Positions 1 through 9,590 are shown, counted from the stretch's first letter. The stretch is DNA of 64,000 bases from Candidatus Heimdallarchaeum endolithica (GCA_021513715.1 CP084167.1:1984001-2048000); one strand, 5' to 3'. The notes: a model not told the origin generated them from the sequence alone. Numbers and translations are program-made.

Positions 1-469
1 AATACTGATTATTAGCATCAATTATTTTTCTTTGATTTTTTATTTCATCCCAATTAGAATGAAAAATTTTATCAAAAAGTACTATTTCTTGTTCAAGTTT
101 TTCTTGTTCTTTTTCTGTAAATTCTCTTCCAGTAAATAACAATTTAACTCCATTATATTCTGGTGGATTGTGAGAAGCTGTAATATAAATCCCTATTTTA
201 TGCTCTAATTTTTGCGACATATATGCCATAACAGGAAAAGTGCATAACCCAACATCATACACTTGTGCACCATTTATTGATATCGTTGCTAATGCATATT
301 GTGCTAATGATTCTGAACTAGTTCGAGCATCATGCCCTACAATAATTCCTTCATCAGGAAACATTTTAACTACAGCTTGACTTAATTTTATTATAAGATC
401 AGCTGTAACTTTCTTTCCTAATAATCCTCGTATCCCTGCAGTGCCAAATAATTTAGTAGAAGTATTCAT
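1..469 (-). CDS. Phosphohexomutase (phosphoglucosamine mutase/PMM family), N-terminal part; runs off the window edge
   Basis: Not in the ORF track. Manual translation from ATG at 469 gives MNTSTKLFGTAGIRG...GIYITASHNPPEYNGVK, with the LFGT-GIRG motif and the phosphoserine motif TASHNP. Confidence 0.9.
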   Translation of the reverse strand, partial: MNTSTKLFGTAGIRGLLGKKVTADLIIKLSQAVVKMFPDEGIIVGHDARTSSESLAQYALATISINGAQVYDVGLCTFPVMAYMSQKLEHKIGIYITASHNPPEYNGVKLLFTGREFTEKEQEKLEQEIVLFDKIFHSNWDEIKNQRKIIDANNQY

Positions 470-544
470 TAATTAAATAAAAGTATAGTTCTTAAAAAAA
501 TTACTAAAAAAGAAATAAGTGAAGAGGTTTATAATAAGATTGAA

Positions 545-949
545 TTACCTGTAAGATTTTTGGAATCTTGAGCGAGCACTTGGTCCTCCAAAGTGCTTAG
601 ATTCTGTTCTCCTTGGATCTCCAGAGATAATTGTTTTGTCATATGCAACAAATTTTTCTTTCAAAGTCTCATCTTCAAAGTAATTGACAAGACCACGGGC
701 AATTGCAGTTCTTACTGCTTCTGCTTGACCCATGTATCCCCCTCCACGAACATTAACTTTGATATCTATCTTATCACGAATATCTTGTCCTGCAAGTATG
801 AAAATTTCTTCAATTTTTATTCTTTGAAGTTCATTAGGTAGTACTTCAAGGGGGATACCATTAATTCTTACCCTACCTTTTCCTTCCTTTATTGTTGCAC
901 GAGCGATTGCTGTTTTTCTTTTTCCAGACATTACTACAACTTTAACCAT
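545..949 (-). CDS. rps9: 30S ribosomal protein uS9
   Basis: SGKRKTAIARA, GGGYMGQAEAVR and C-terminal RFQKSYR. Start moved to ATG 949, downstream of a GGTGA Shine-Dalgarno site. Confidence 0.97.
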   Translation of the reverse strand: MVKVVVMSGKRKTAIARATIKEGKGRVRINGIPLEVLPNELQRIKIEEIFILAGQDIRDKIDIKVNVRGGGYMGQAEAVRTAIARGLVNYFEDETLKEKFVAYDKTIISGDPRRTESKHFGGPSARSRFQKSYR

Positions 950-962
950 AATTATCACCAGT

Positions 963-1430
963 TTATTTTCCCCATCCAAACTCCTTACAAAGTTCACCTA
1001 CAGTTATATATTGACAAGTTAATTTATTCCCATCGGCATACTTTGGTTTAATAACTTCTTCAGTTTTAACAGTCTCTGGGATTCCAATATGTGTCAATAA
1101 TCGATGATAGGCAGATCTACCTTTTGGTTTCTTCATAGGCAACATCCCTCTTACCGTACGTCTTACGATTCTATCGGGTCTCTTTGGATGGAAAGGACCT
1201 CTACGAGGATTGGATAATGTGTGCTTTTTGTGCATATTTAATGTCTCTTTCAATATAGAAGCTTTCTTTCCTGAAATAATAGCTTTTTCGCAATTGATAA
1301 TGTCAACTTTATTTCCTTCTAAAAGCAATTTGGCAACTTCAGAACTCAGTCTACCAAGAATGGCATTCTCTGCATCTATTATTATTTTTTTCTGTGTAAA
1401 TTTTTTTATTTTTTCTGTCTGTTTCTGCAT
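963..1430 (-). CDS. rpl13: 50S ribosomal protein uL13
   Basis: IDAENAILGRL and RRTVRGMLP motifs; L18e-L13-S9 synteny. Start probably ATG 1430. Confidence 0.96.
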   Translation of the reverse strand: MQKQTEKIKKFTQKKIIIDAENAILGRLSSEVAKLLLEGNKVDIINCEKAIISGKKASILKETLNMHKKHTLSNPRRGPFHPKRPDRIVRRTVRGMLPMKKPKGRSAYHRLLTHIGIPETVKTEEVIKPKYADGNKLTCQYITVGELCKEFGWGK

Positions 1431-1440
1431 TTTGCACACC

Positions 1441-1806
1441 TTATACGATTATTTTCACCTTTTTTGGTTCAGGTGGATTCTTTATCAGTTCAGTTAGTGT
1501 CATCATTTTACTATTGGAATCAGCAATTTTAGCTTTTGCATTCTCTGAAAAGCGTAGTGCAGCAATAGTAACAGGATGGTCTAACACCCCAGATGATAAA
1601 ACAGAACCAGGAACAACTGCGATCTCGTCATTATTAACATAACGATTTATTTTACTTAAGTTCACAGTAGCCCTTTGTCTTCTGGGTTTCTCTAATTTTT
1701 CAGCAACTGTCTTCCAAATTTGAACGTCATGTTCAGAAGATAGTTTTTTTAACAAGTTGATTACTTCAATCAGATTTGAATCTGTTGGACCAGTTCTTTT
1801 TGGCAT
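1441..1806 (-). CDS. rpl18e: 50S ribosomal protein eL18
   Basis: VNLSKINR, VVPGSVLSSG and AALRFS motifs; synteny. Confidence 0.96.
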   Translation of the reverse strand: MPKRTGPTDSNLIEVINLLKKLSSEHDVQIWKTVAEKLEKPRRQRATVNLSKINRYVNNDEIAVVPGSVLSSGVLDHPVTIAALRFSENAKAKIADSNSKMMTLTELIKNPPEPKKVKIIV

Positions 1807-1824
1807 GATTATCTCACTTTATTT

Positions 1825-2649
1825 TTATTCTTCTTCGCTTGTAGTGATTACTTCTAATTTGTTTTTTAATTCGTCGATTCTAGAGAGAAGTATCTCTCCA
1901 GCTTTTTCCATTAACTTAGATGGTGGCATACCATTGTTAATTTCGAAAGAAAAGATAATTTTAGAAGAATCATATTTTATTTGAACCCCCCCAGGTTCGG
2001 CAAAGTCAGTACAATAACCGCATAAGTTGCAATTAAGTAGATTTTCAACAGCCAATTTCCCATTTTTTACAGAAAATACATTACGGTAGCATGCATCTGC
2101 AACTTTCTTTGGATCTTTAATTTTCTCATGATCAATCTCAATTACAGGATAAAACTGATAACCCATTGCAGATACAGGTTGCCATTTAGCATGCTCTTTT
2201 CCTATGCCAAGCTGAGCCATGCATTCCAACTCTAAAGCTTGATTTGGACCAAGTTTTACTATTGGAATTTTACTGTTAATAGGTTCTACTCCCTCTTGGG
2301 AGGAAATAAGATCACCACTATATACTATAGCGGGTTCTTGGCTTGTTTCTTTTGAAATCGTTAAAGTCACAGTACAGAGATTACACCCTATTCCATTACA
2401 GTCACATTCATCTCTAAAGTTCAGTTCTAGGGTGTCAGCATCATATTTTAAAGGAATCAACCCTAATCTTTGAGCTATAAATTCATCGAAAAGAGGAGAA
2501 GTATTCTTTAACACATACACATCCTCAATAACAAGGGTTGGAACTTCAGCTATTGCTATTCTACGTATAGCATTGGCAAAAGCGATGCTAGTGTCTTCTA
2601 ATATAAACTTCACAGAATTCGGTAGTAATTCAATTATATCAATGTCCAT
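1825..2649 (-). CDS. rpoD: RNA polymerase subunit D (Rpo3)
   Basis: ANAIRRIAIAEVP, QRLGLIPL and GKEHAKW motifs. Has both an RPB3-like Zn site (CDCNGIGCNLC) and a ferredoxin-like Cys cluster (CNLCGYC). Confidence 0.97.
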   Translation of the reverse strand: MDIDIIELLPNSVKFILEDTSIAFANAIRRIAIAEVPTLVIEDVYVLKNTSPLFDEFIAQRLGLIPLKYDADTLELNFRDECDCNGIGCNLCTVTLTISKETSQEPAIVYSGDLISSQEGVEPINSKIPIVKLGPNQALELECMAQLGIGKEHAKWQPVSAMGYQFYPVIEIDHEKIKDPKKVADACYRNVFSVKNGKLAVENLLNCNLCGYCTDFAEPGGVQIKYDSSKIIFSFEINNGMPPSKLMEKAGEILLSRIDELKNKLEVITTSEEE

Positions 2650-2820
2650 ATAGTGCCACCTAGTAAAGGTTCATCTATACGAACCCAATTATAATTATAA
2701 AAAAGGTTTTCCATCAACGTGTTTGTGTTCACTCACTGAAAATGGGTTATGCTTTCGGGAAATAGAGAAACGTAAGGGTGATTCATATTTTTTTCTTTAA
2801 CAATAAGAAAGTTTAGAGAT

Positions 2821-2924
2821 TGGTGAGGGGAGGGCGATTCGAACGCCCGAACCACTAAGGAACGGATGGCCCATCTTCTTTTAGATCTTGAGTCCGTCGC
2901 CGTTGACCTCTTGGCTATCCCCCC
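2821..2924 (-). tRNA. tRNA-Leu(CAA) with 19-nt intron at 37/38 (2868-2886); CCA encoded
   Basis: Acceptor GGGGGGA/TCCCCTC, anticodon stem ACGGA/TCCGT, long variable arm, TTCGAAT T-loop. Confidence 0.93.
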
Positions 2925-3069
2925 ACGTTGGATAAGGGACAAGTTCAAACAAACCTATTTTTCACTTATTTTAAATTTTTTTGTAAGATATATTTTAGAA
3001 TTTAAGTCTAGAATTAAAATAAAAGTTCAAAATAAAAGAAAATAAAAGAAAATAAGTAAACTTGTAGTT

Positions 3070-3513
3070 CTAACGTTGTGGTTTTTGTTTTCTTCCTTCT
3101 ACGAGCATTTTAATAGCAGCACCATTTACATGAGTTACTTGCCATTTAACTCCAGGAATATCTCCTTTTGCTCCTTTTTGTGCTCCACCTATAGAACAAA
3201 CCAAAACCTCATCATGTTCCTCTATATAGAGTAATCCTCCATCGTGAGGAACAAAAGCACCTATTTGTTTCCCATTCTTTGTTAATCTTACTCTCACACA
3301 TTTTCTTAAAGCAGAATTAGGTTGCTTACTTTCCACACCATATTTTTCAACCACTATTCCTCTTGCAGCTGGAGCACCTTCTAATGGATCTGCTTTTTTA
3401 TCTAATCTTAACATTTTTCGTTTGTAATAACTATCTTTCCAACGAAACTTCTTCCTTTTTTGAACCAATTTACGTGCCGCATATTCTCCTTTTGGACTTT
3501 TCGAACCAGTCAT
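3070..3513 (-). CDS. rps12: 30S ribosomal protein uS12
   Basis: [15 protein letters not shown] and GDIPGV motifs. Alternative start at 3525. Confidence 0.97.
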   Translation of the reverse strand: MTGSKSPKGEYAARKLVQKRKKFRWKDSYYKRKMLRLDKKADPLEGAPAARGIVVEKYGVESKQPNSALRKCVRVRLTKNGKQIGAFVPHDGGLLYIEEHDEVLVCSIGGAQKGAKGDIPGVKWQVTHVNGAAIKMLVEGRKQKPQR

Positions 3514-3697
3514 TTTATACACCATAGTTTTTATAAGTTCGACTCTACTACGTCTTCCTCTTATGTTTCTTCCTTTTACCTTTTATTAAAAAACTTTTGA
3601 TTTTATACATATTATTTTTCTTGTTCAAAGAAAAAAATATTTCCAGAATTTTAATTTCAGCATTTGGATAATAAATTAAAAAATAGTAATTGAAGCG

Positions 3698-5065
3698 TTA
3701 ATATGAAGTTATCGAAACATCTTTTTTTGCTTTTTCATGTTTTGGTTGTATTTTATCCCAAATTTCTTTTATTTTATGGACATCATCAGGATGAGCATAA
3801 ACTCGGACTAATGTATATCTCGAATTTCCACTTGCAATTGTGTATATATATTTAGTTTCTATTAATGCCTCACTAAGAGTAAAAGATTTCCGTCCTGGAT
3901 GTATACGATTATATGGATCATAAATGAAAACATTTGATGCTTGGAACTCATCAGCGCTAATTGTTGAAAGTTTATATGTAGAATCAATTATCATCTTACG
4001 TTTTATTTTGATATTATTTGCTTTGGCATACTCTTTAATTTTTTTAATAAATGATTCATTTGCAGTCATTTCACATAGTTCTTCCACAGAAACTCCTAAA
4101 GTTTCCGAAGTTGTTTCATCAATTATCTTTTCCCAGACTGCTTTGTGTAGACGTCGGTTTAGAAAGTCTTTCACATAGGCCTTAGCTTTTTTTAGCTCAG
4201 GAGCCTCACTAGAAAATATTTCCCCTATGAGTGTATATTCGTTGAGATAAGTAAATAACTCAAAATCTTTTGTACGTTCAATTAAATTAAGAGGTTCTAA
4301 TGATTCTCTTAAAAAGGATTGAATTAGGATATCAGCTGCTCTTGCTGCTTTGTGGAAATATACACTCTTATATTCGAAAAACCTTCCTATTAAAGAAGAA
4401 TAAATATCATCTAGAACTTTCCAATTATAGTGAATGGCTTCTGCGCCATTATGTTCATGAATTATCGTATTATTTATTATTCTATTAACATCAATTTCGC
4501 CAAAATGAGTAGTTCCTGCAAATAGAGAATCGCGCAACATGAAGTCTAGCCTATCAGCACCTAAAGCTCCTTGAATCAGGGGATGCAATAGATGACTACG
4601 TCCATCCCAGACTTTAATCAATTCTTCAGGATCACAAAATTCCTCAATTATAGGCTTAAGTAGATCTGATTGTATCAATTTATTACGGTGGACATCATGA
4701 CCGTGGGGATGGTCAGGGTATACTTCTTTGTAAACAACATCATCATATTGATGACTAAATGGCCCATGCCCTATATCATGGAGTAATCCGGCCAATCTAG
4801 CTAGTTGCACTCTATAAGTCACGTCATCATAATCTTTGAACACTTCAGCAGTATATTGACCAGCTAAATGCATAACACCAACACAGTGAGCAAAACGTGT
4901 GTGAACGGCAGAAGGATAGACATGACGAACTCCAGATAATTGACTTATCCAACGCAATCGCTGAAAAACTGGAGTATCAATTATTTTATTTTCTATTTCT
5001 GTTATTCTTATTTCATCATGAATAGCATCTTTAATGGTACGAGTATATTTTAAATTAGACTGCAT
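3698..5065 (-). CDS. HD-domain phosphohydrolase (SAMHD1/dNTP triphosphohydrolase-like)
   Basis: FQRLRWISQL, HTRFAHCVG, LLHDIGHGPFSH, ADRLDF, VYFHK motifs. Confidence 0.88.
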   Translation of the reverse strand: MQSNLKYTRTIKDAIHDEIRITEIENKIIDTPVFQRLRWISQLSGVRHVYPSAVHTRFAHCVGVMHLAGQYTAEVFKDYDDVTYRVQLARLAGLLHDIGHGPFSHQYDDVVYKEVYPDHPHGHDVHRNKLIQSDLLKPIIEEFCDPEELIKVWDGRSHLLHPLIQGALGADRLDFMLRDSLFAGTTHFGEIDVNRIINNTIIHEHNGAEAIHYNWKVLDDIYSSLIGRFFEYKSVYFHKAARAADILIQSFLRESLEPLNLIERTKDFELFTYLNEYTLIGEIFSSEAPELKKAKAYVKDFLNRRLHKAVWEKIIDETTSETLGVSVEELCEMTANESFIKKIKEYAKANNIKIKRKMIIDSTYKLSTISADEFQASNVFIYDPYNRIHPGRKSFTLSEALIETKYIYTIASGNSRYTLVRVYAHPDDVHKIKEIWDKIQPKHEKAKKDVSITSY

Positions 5066-5157
5066 ATCGATTCCTCTATACTTTACAATATTTTTTTAAT
5101 ATTAAATCCTTTTAATCTTTTTGATTTTAGACGATATTTCGACAAAAAAGGAGTGGT

Positions 5158-5265
5158 TGGTGGACTGGGCGAGATTTTCCGTTTTGGCGCCCACAACGCC
5201 CATAACTCTCGAACTCGCGGCCTCTTCACTGCGAATGAAGCGTTCTTCCTCTGAACTACCAGCCC
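5158..5265 (-). tRNA. tRNA-Ala(CGC) with 33-nt non-canonical T-loop intron (~59/60; ~5175-5207)
   Basis: Acceptor GGGCTGG/CCAGTCC with G3.U70, anticodon stem CTTCA/TGAAG around CGC, T stem GCGAG/CTCGC interrupted by an insert with relaxed bulge-helix-bulge geometry; ACCA end. Confidence 0.88.
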
Positions 5266-5444
5266 ACTCTTTTGTTTTTAAGAGCAAACTGTTCTAACAT
5301 CCAGAACTACAAATCTTAATTGAAATTATGTACAATTTTCAATATTTGTTATTGTTTCTTCTTTTATCAAATACTCGTAGTAATACCCTTATTTCATAGT
5401 GACATTTTAACTTCTCGCTTCAGTAATAAAAATAAAAGTATAAA

Positions 5445-5849
5445 TTATTTAACTCGCATTATTCTCATTTTACCTAACGCTTTCCAGTACTCAACTTCAC
5501 AGCCTTCTGTTAGGTTTCCTTCGATTTCTCCTTCTGGAGGAAGCCCTGCTTCAAAAGTTTCATAGGTTTCCATATCCATCAACTGTACACTATCTTGGCT
5601 TATTGCTAATACTTGAGCAGTTCTTTTATCTATTATAGGTGATTGTAGTTTTTGATCTCCAGGTATAGTTATCTCCGTTTTATTTCCTGTGAAAATATTT
5701 TCTATTTTCATTCTGCATTTTGCGTGCCCGTGTTTCCCAGATTTTGATTTTTCTACATCCCTTACTAGATATACATCGCCATCTTTTACTATATAATTTC
5801 CAGCTTTTACTTGTCCAGCTTTTATTGGTTCAACATCATATTCACTCAT
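5445..5849 (-). CDS. eif5a: Translation factor aIF5A/eIF5A
   Basis: Hypusination motif SKSGKHGHAK. Confidence 0.96.
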   Translation of the reverse strand: MSEYDVEPIKAGQVKAGNYIVKDGDVYLVRDVEKSKSGKHGHAKCRMKIENIFTGNKTEITIPGDQKLQSPIIDKRTAQVLAISQDSVQLMDMETYETFEAGLPPEGEIEGNLTEGCEVEYWKALGKMRIMRVK

Positions 5850-5981
5850 ATATACTCACATCTTATTTTTGTGTTATTATTAATTGACACTTTAAAAAGA
5901 TTTACTCATTATAGAGAATTAGATATTAAACTACGGCACTTTGTTCATTTTATGTTCTTTTTTTGAGTAGAAAGATAAAAA

Positions 5982-7445
5982 TTAGAAATCTAAAATATTA
6001 ATTATTTCTTTTCCTTCATCTAACAGCTGTTTACATTTGTCCACGAGTAAAAATACTTCTTCTTTAAATGAACTTGAGATCATACCTTTCTCTGCCAAAT
6101 CATTTATAATTTCTGTATCTTGAACTTCTATTTCATCTTCTTTCTTTATTAAAGAAACACCAAGATCGATATAACGAATATAACCTTCATTATATAATTC
6201 TACTGGAGTGACTATTTTTATGTATTCACCCATCAATTTTTCTTTTCTGTAAACTTTAGTGTGGATAGTCCAACAGCCCTCTTTAATATAAGTAACAACA
6301 TTATCCCCACTATTAATAGGCTCATCTATTGCAAAATGTAACCCTCTTGATGCTCTGAAACTCCGCTTAATAACCATCGTATCTTTGTCCCAGTTTAACT
6401 GCCCCAATATTCTATCTAATGGTGACGCAATTAAACTATATGATTGTTCTTTAATCAACGAATTTTCTGAAAAATCTTTCTCTAAGATAACTTCCTTAAG
6501 TATTTTAGACAATTTCTCAGGTTCAATATCTTGAGAGATTCTTTCTGCAAAGGTAGTTGTTATCTTTAAATTTTCAGAGTAAGACATAAACCAGTGATAT
6601 AAAGGAAACGTTGGGGTGATAACACTTCTTATCTCATCCATTTTTTGTTTTGCTCCTTGGACAAATAATATGTGGGCCACTGTTTGACCTGGCTGTAATA
6701 TTCCGGGTCCATAAGAAGAACCAGAAATCAACAAATCTAACTCTTCAGATTTTTGGATTAGTTTTTGTATTTCAGAAGTTAGATCCTTATCACTTACTGA
6801 TGCAGCACTAGTTCTCATAATTAAGCCATGACCATGAGGTCTAAGTTTTTTTCCACGTTCAAACAGATCATCTCTATCTTCTTTTGATAATTTTCTAGAA
6901 ACTCTAACAAAACGCGCATCTCTCTCTAGAATAACATGATGCCCTGGAAAATGAATAACATCCGAACATAAAGGAAGTTGATCTCCTAAAACATTCAACT
7001 CATTTACTTGAACAACAACTTTTTGTCCTTTCTTGTAATTTGCATTAAATAGAATCGCATTTATTTTTTCTCCGATATCAACAATAGAAAGATTTTTCTC
7101 AAAATTTACATGTATTATCTCTCCATTGTATATAGCATGTAGTTGTACTGGATGAAGTAAAACGATGGAATTAGGGATTTTATCAAAAATATTAGAAATA
7201 ATTTCTTCAACATACTCTTCATCACCTTCGATTTTTATCCCATAACCACCTAGAATATCTGTTATATCTATGTCATGAGCATTTAAATTTTCATTTATCC
7301 CGAAAATTTTACTCTGTTCAGCACTAGGTTGTACCAATTTATATCCTAAATCATCAGACAATAATTTAATAATTGCAACATCATAAATACTTCTAACACG
7401 AAAAGTTGGTACCATTAAATCACCACTTGAAATTTCTAACGACAC
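5982..7445 (-). CDS. FAU-1-like RNA-binding ribonuclease (RNase E/G-like region plus DUF402-like C-terminus)
   Basis: N-terminal RVRSIY, VRVSRKL...GLIMRT, C-terminal TPVELY...YIDLGV. Start may be a few codons downstream (MVPTF). Confidence 0.75.
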   Translation of the reverse strand: MSLEISSGDLMVPTFRVRSIYDVAIIKLLSDDLGYKLVQPSAEQSKIFGINENLNAHDIDITDILGGYGIKIEGDEEYVEEIISNIFDKIPNSIVLLHPVQLHAIYNGEIIHVNFEKNLSIVDIGEKINAILFNANYKKGQKVVVQVNELNVLGDQLPLCSDVIHFPGHHVILERDARFVRVSRKLSKEDRDDLFERGKKLRPHGHGLIMRTSAASVSDKDLTSEIQKLIQKSEELDLLISGSSYGPGILQPGQTVAHILFVQGAKQKMDEIRSVITPTFPLYHWFMSYSENLKITTTFAERISQDIEPEKLSKILKEVILEKDFSENSLIKEQSYSLIASPLDRILGQLNWDKDTMVIKRSFRASRGLHFAIDEPINSGDNVVTYIKEGCWTIHTKVYRKEKLMGEYIKIVTPVELYNEGYIRYIDLGVSLIKKEDEIEVQDTEIINDLAEKGMISSSFKEEVFLLVDKCKQLLDEGKEIINILDF

Positions 7446-7545
7446 AAACGGTTAAGCATGTCCGAATAAAAGTTTATGCTTTTGAAACAGTAGAAAACAA
7501 TTAGGTCTACTATAAGAACAGAGGATTGAGGATAAAAAATAATTA

Positions 7546-7641
7546 TGGAGCCAGGACGGGGATTTGAACCCCGGAGGCATAAGCCAGCGGTTATCTCTCT
7601 GACGTTTCGAGACCGCCTCCGTACCACTAGGATATCCTGGC
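7546..7641 (-). tRNA. tRNA-Ser(CGA) with 13-nt intron at 37/38 (7593-7605)
   Basis: Acceptor GCCAGGA/TCCTGGC, anticodon stem GCGGT/ACCGC, variable arm, TTCAAAT T-loop, CCA encoded. Confidence 0.9.
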
Positions 7642-7833
7642 AAAACAAAATTTCATTATTTTGAATTTCATAGAAGTTAATATTTTAAGATTTCTACTAA
7701 GTTCATTTTTCATATTAATATTAATCATTGTTGATTTCAAACCAACTCCCAACACAGTGATAAAATCACATCTCACGCGTGATTTCTTCAATAAGATATA
7801 ATTATAAATAACCAAAATAAGAAAAAAAAAGAG

Positions 7834-8448
7834 TTACAGCCTAATAAAAGTTCTACTCTTGCACTCGGGACAGCCATTTATTGTACACTCATCACAAAGA
7901 AAATTTCCACATTTTGAACATTTTTTTATTGCTTTATTTTTTCTACACTTTACACATGTTTTGATCATAAATCGTTTCCACAGTTTGTATATTAAATAAA
8001 ACAGTGAAAATGCTAATGCAATTCCTAAAATAACCTTTAGTATTATTAACAGTACATTCCCAGCAGTAGGCCCTATATGATCTGGAGTCGCATCTAACGT
8101 TATTTTTAGAATTTTCACGTTTTTATACTCAAAATAACTTACGGAACCATTTGTTTGAGTAACATACCATGAAATTGAAGGCTTTGTTTCTCCTACCTTC
8201 ATACCTACTAATTCACTAACAAAATTATAATTTGTAATATCTTCGTCAATTGCTACTTCTAGGGGGCTATTTTCAGTATATACAGTTTTTAATCTACCAT
8301 CTATATAACGCTCACAAGCAACTTCTACACGATCGCCCCACTCAACACCTAGTTTTTTGTCATAAGCAGTTACATTGATAATTGATGATAGGAATAAAAT
8401 AGTAAAAATAAATGTAAATGTTAGAATTCTGGTTCTAGTTTTACTCAT
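7834..8448 (-). CDS. Single-pass membrane protein: signal peptide, degenerate FKBP-like domain, TM helix, C-terminal 8-Cys zinc finger
   Basis: Hydrophobic N-terminus, LVGMKVGETK, TM helix, CVKC-x8-CSKC-x4-CDEC-x4-CPEC. Paralog of the next gene. Confidence 0.7.
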   Translation of the reverse strand: MSKTRTRILTFTFIFTILFLSSIINVTAYDKKLGVEWGDRVEVACERYIDGRLKTVYTENSPLEVAIDEDITNYNFVSELVGMKVGETKPSISWYVTQTNGSVSYFEYKNVKILKITLDATPDHIGPTAGNVLLIILKVILGIALAFSLFYLIYKLWKRFMIKTCVKCRKNKAIKKCSKCGNFLCDECTINGCPECKSRTFIRL

Positions 8449-8492
8449 CGGTTTTTTTTTATTAGGCTAATTTAAAAGAATTTCTAAGAGGT

Positions 8493-9119
8493 CTATTTTT
8501 TAAATCGAACTAAGGTTCTTCCATTACAACTTGGACAACCATTTTGGAAACAGTGAATACAATAATTTTTTCCACATTTACTACATTTACCTATTGCTTT
8601 CTTCTTACAGATAGAACATTTTTTGAAAAACAATTTTGGATATACTTTAACACCACCATAAATTAAAATTAAGGATCCACCAATACTAGATAATACTATA
8701 ATAAATTTAAAGAAGTCAAAATTTCCCGATGGAGGAGAAGTTGTTGAAGAAACACCTTGAACATCATAAACCTCAACATTCTGATAATGTAACAATTTCC
8801 CTGCTAAATAACCATAATCTGGATCTGAAGCATCAAAACCTTCTTCTGGTGGTATATCAAAATTTCTTTTTTCACCGATCTTCATCCCAAGCATCCTATT
8901 GTACAATCCAATAGGTTTAATATTATTTTCATTAAACAATGTTTTTTTTGGTATCGAACTATCATAATATTCGATTGTCTTTCCATCAACAAGCAAATGA
9001 TACCCAAAAGATACTAAATCGTTATCCTGAAGTCCATTATCATAACCTTGAATTGGTATTGCAACAATAGCAGAAAAGAACAGAATAGCAAATACAAAGA
9101 GTTTATTTAGATATCTCAT
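8493..9119 (-). CDS. Single-pass membrane protein: signal peptide, FKBP-type PPIase-like domain, TM helix, C-terminal 8-Cys zinc finger
   Basis: GYHLLVDGKTI...MLGMKIGEKRNFDIPPEEGF...LAGKLLHY is FKBP-like; TM helix; CSIC-x7-CSKC-x4-CIHC-x4-CPSC. Confidence 0.75.
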   Translation of the reverse strand: MRYLNKLFVFAILFFSAIVAIPIQGYDNGLQDNDLVSFGYHLLVDGKTIEYYDSSIPKKTLFNENNIKPIGLYNRMLGMKIGEKRNFDIPPEEGFDASDPDYGYLAGKLLHYQNVEVYDVQGVSSTTSPPSGNFDFFKFIIVLSSIGGSLILIYGGVKVYPKLFFKKCSICKKKAIGKCSKCGKNYCIHCFQNGCPSCNGRTLVRFKK

Positions 9120-9232
9120 TGTTTTTCAAAAATATAATTAAATTAAAAAGATATCGAAAATGGTTTATTGCTAATAAAATTTTAACTATTTGTAAATTCA
9201 AATATTTATTCTAAAAAGACATGAAATAATTT

Positions 9233-9572
9233 TTACGTAAAAAATATTTTTTCAACAAAGAAGATATTAGAGAGAGGTCAAAAATGCATTTCAAAAACAA
9301 AAACACAAAATAACATAATAAAAGCGTCACAATTTTTCAGAGATATTTATATACTAAAATCACTTATATAAAGTGTCTTGAGCTATATGCTTTAAGACGT
9401 AGGTTTCAGTCCTACGACAGCCGGACTTCCCTATGGGAGTGATGAGTGCCGGGATCAGGAGATGAACCAGTTAGAGAACTTATTGAGACTGTGTCTCTTG
9501 TTCTCTTAAACCAATCCTCACAATCAGATTGTGTTGCTTGGTTGGGTAGAGTCCTGAAGAAATTACGTAAAA
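9233..9572 (+). mobile_element. Putative non-autonomous cassette bounded by TTACGTAAAA direct repeats, carrying a promoter and an omegaRNA-like RNA
   Basis: TTACGTAAAA at 9233-9242 and 9563-9572. The same core flanks the TnpB element at 47524 and 49349. Confidence 0.5.
9346..9353 (+). promoter_or_regulatory. Putative TATA box (TTTATATA) for the structured RNA
   Basis: About 22 nt upstream of the first hairpin. A second candidate, TTATATAAA, lies at 9364-9372. Confidence 0.45.
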
Positions 9573-9590
9573 TTTCAACTCATGATGCTT
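9375..9590 (+). ncRNA. Structured ncRNA, candidate stand-alone omegaRNA (scaffold plus 3' guide)
   Basis: Locally GC-richer intergenic island with stems GTCTTGAGC/GCTTTAAGAC, CGTAGG/CCTACG, CCGG-ACTTCC/GGGAGT-CCGG, and TCAGGA/TCCTGA enclosing AGAGAAC/GTTCTCT and AACCAA/TTGGTT arms; ends in GAAGAAATTACGTAAA. Confidence 0.65.

Noticed and set aside
2733-2948. Short ORFs over tRNAs (also 5102-5287, 7436-7648, 7452-7643)
   Set aside because: They are read-throughs of tRNA genes.
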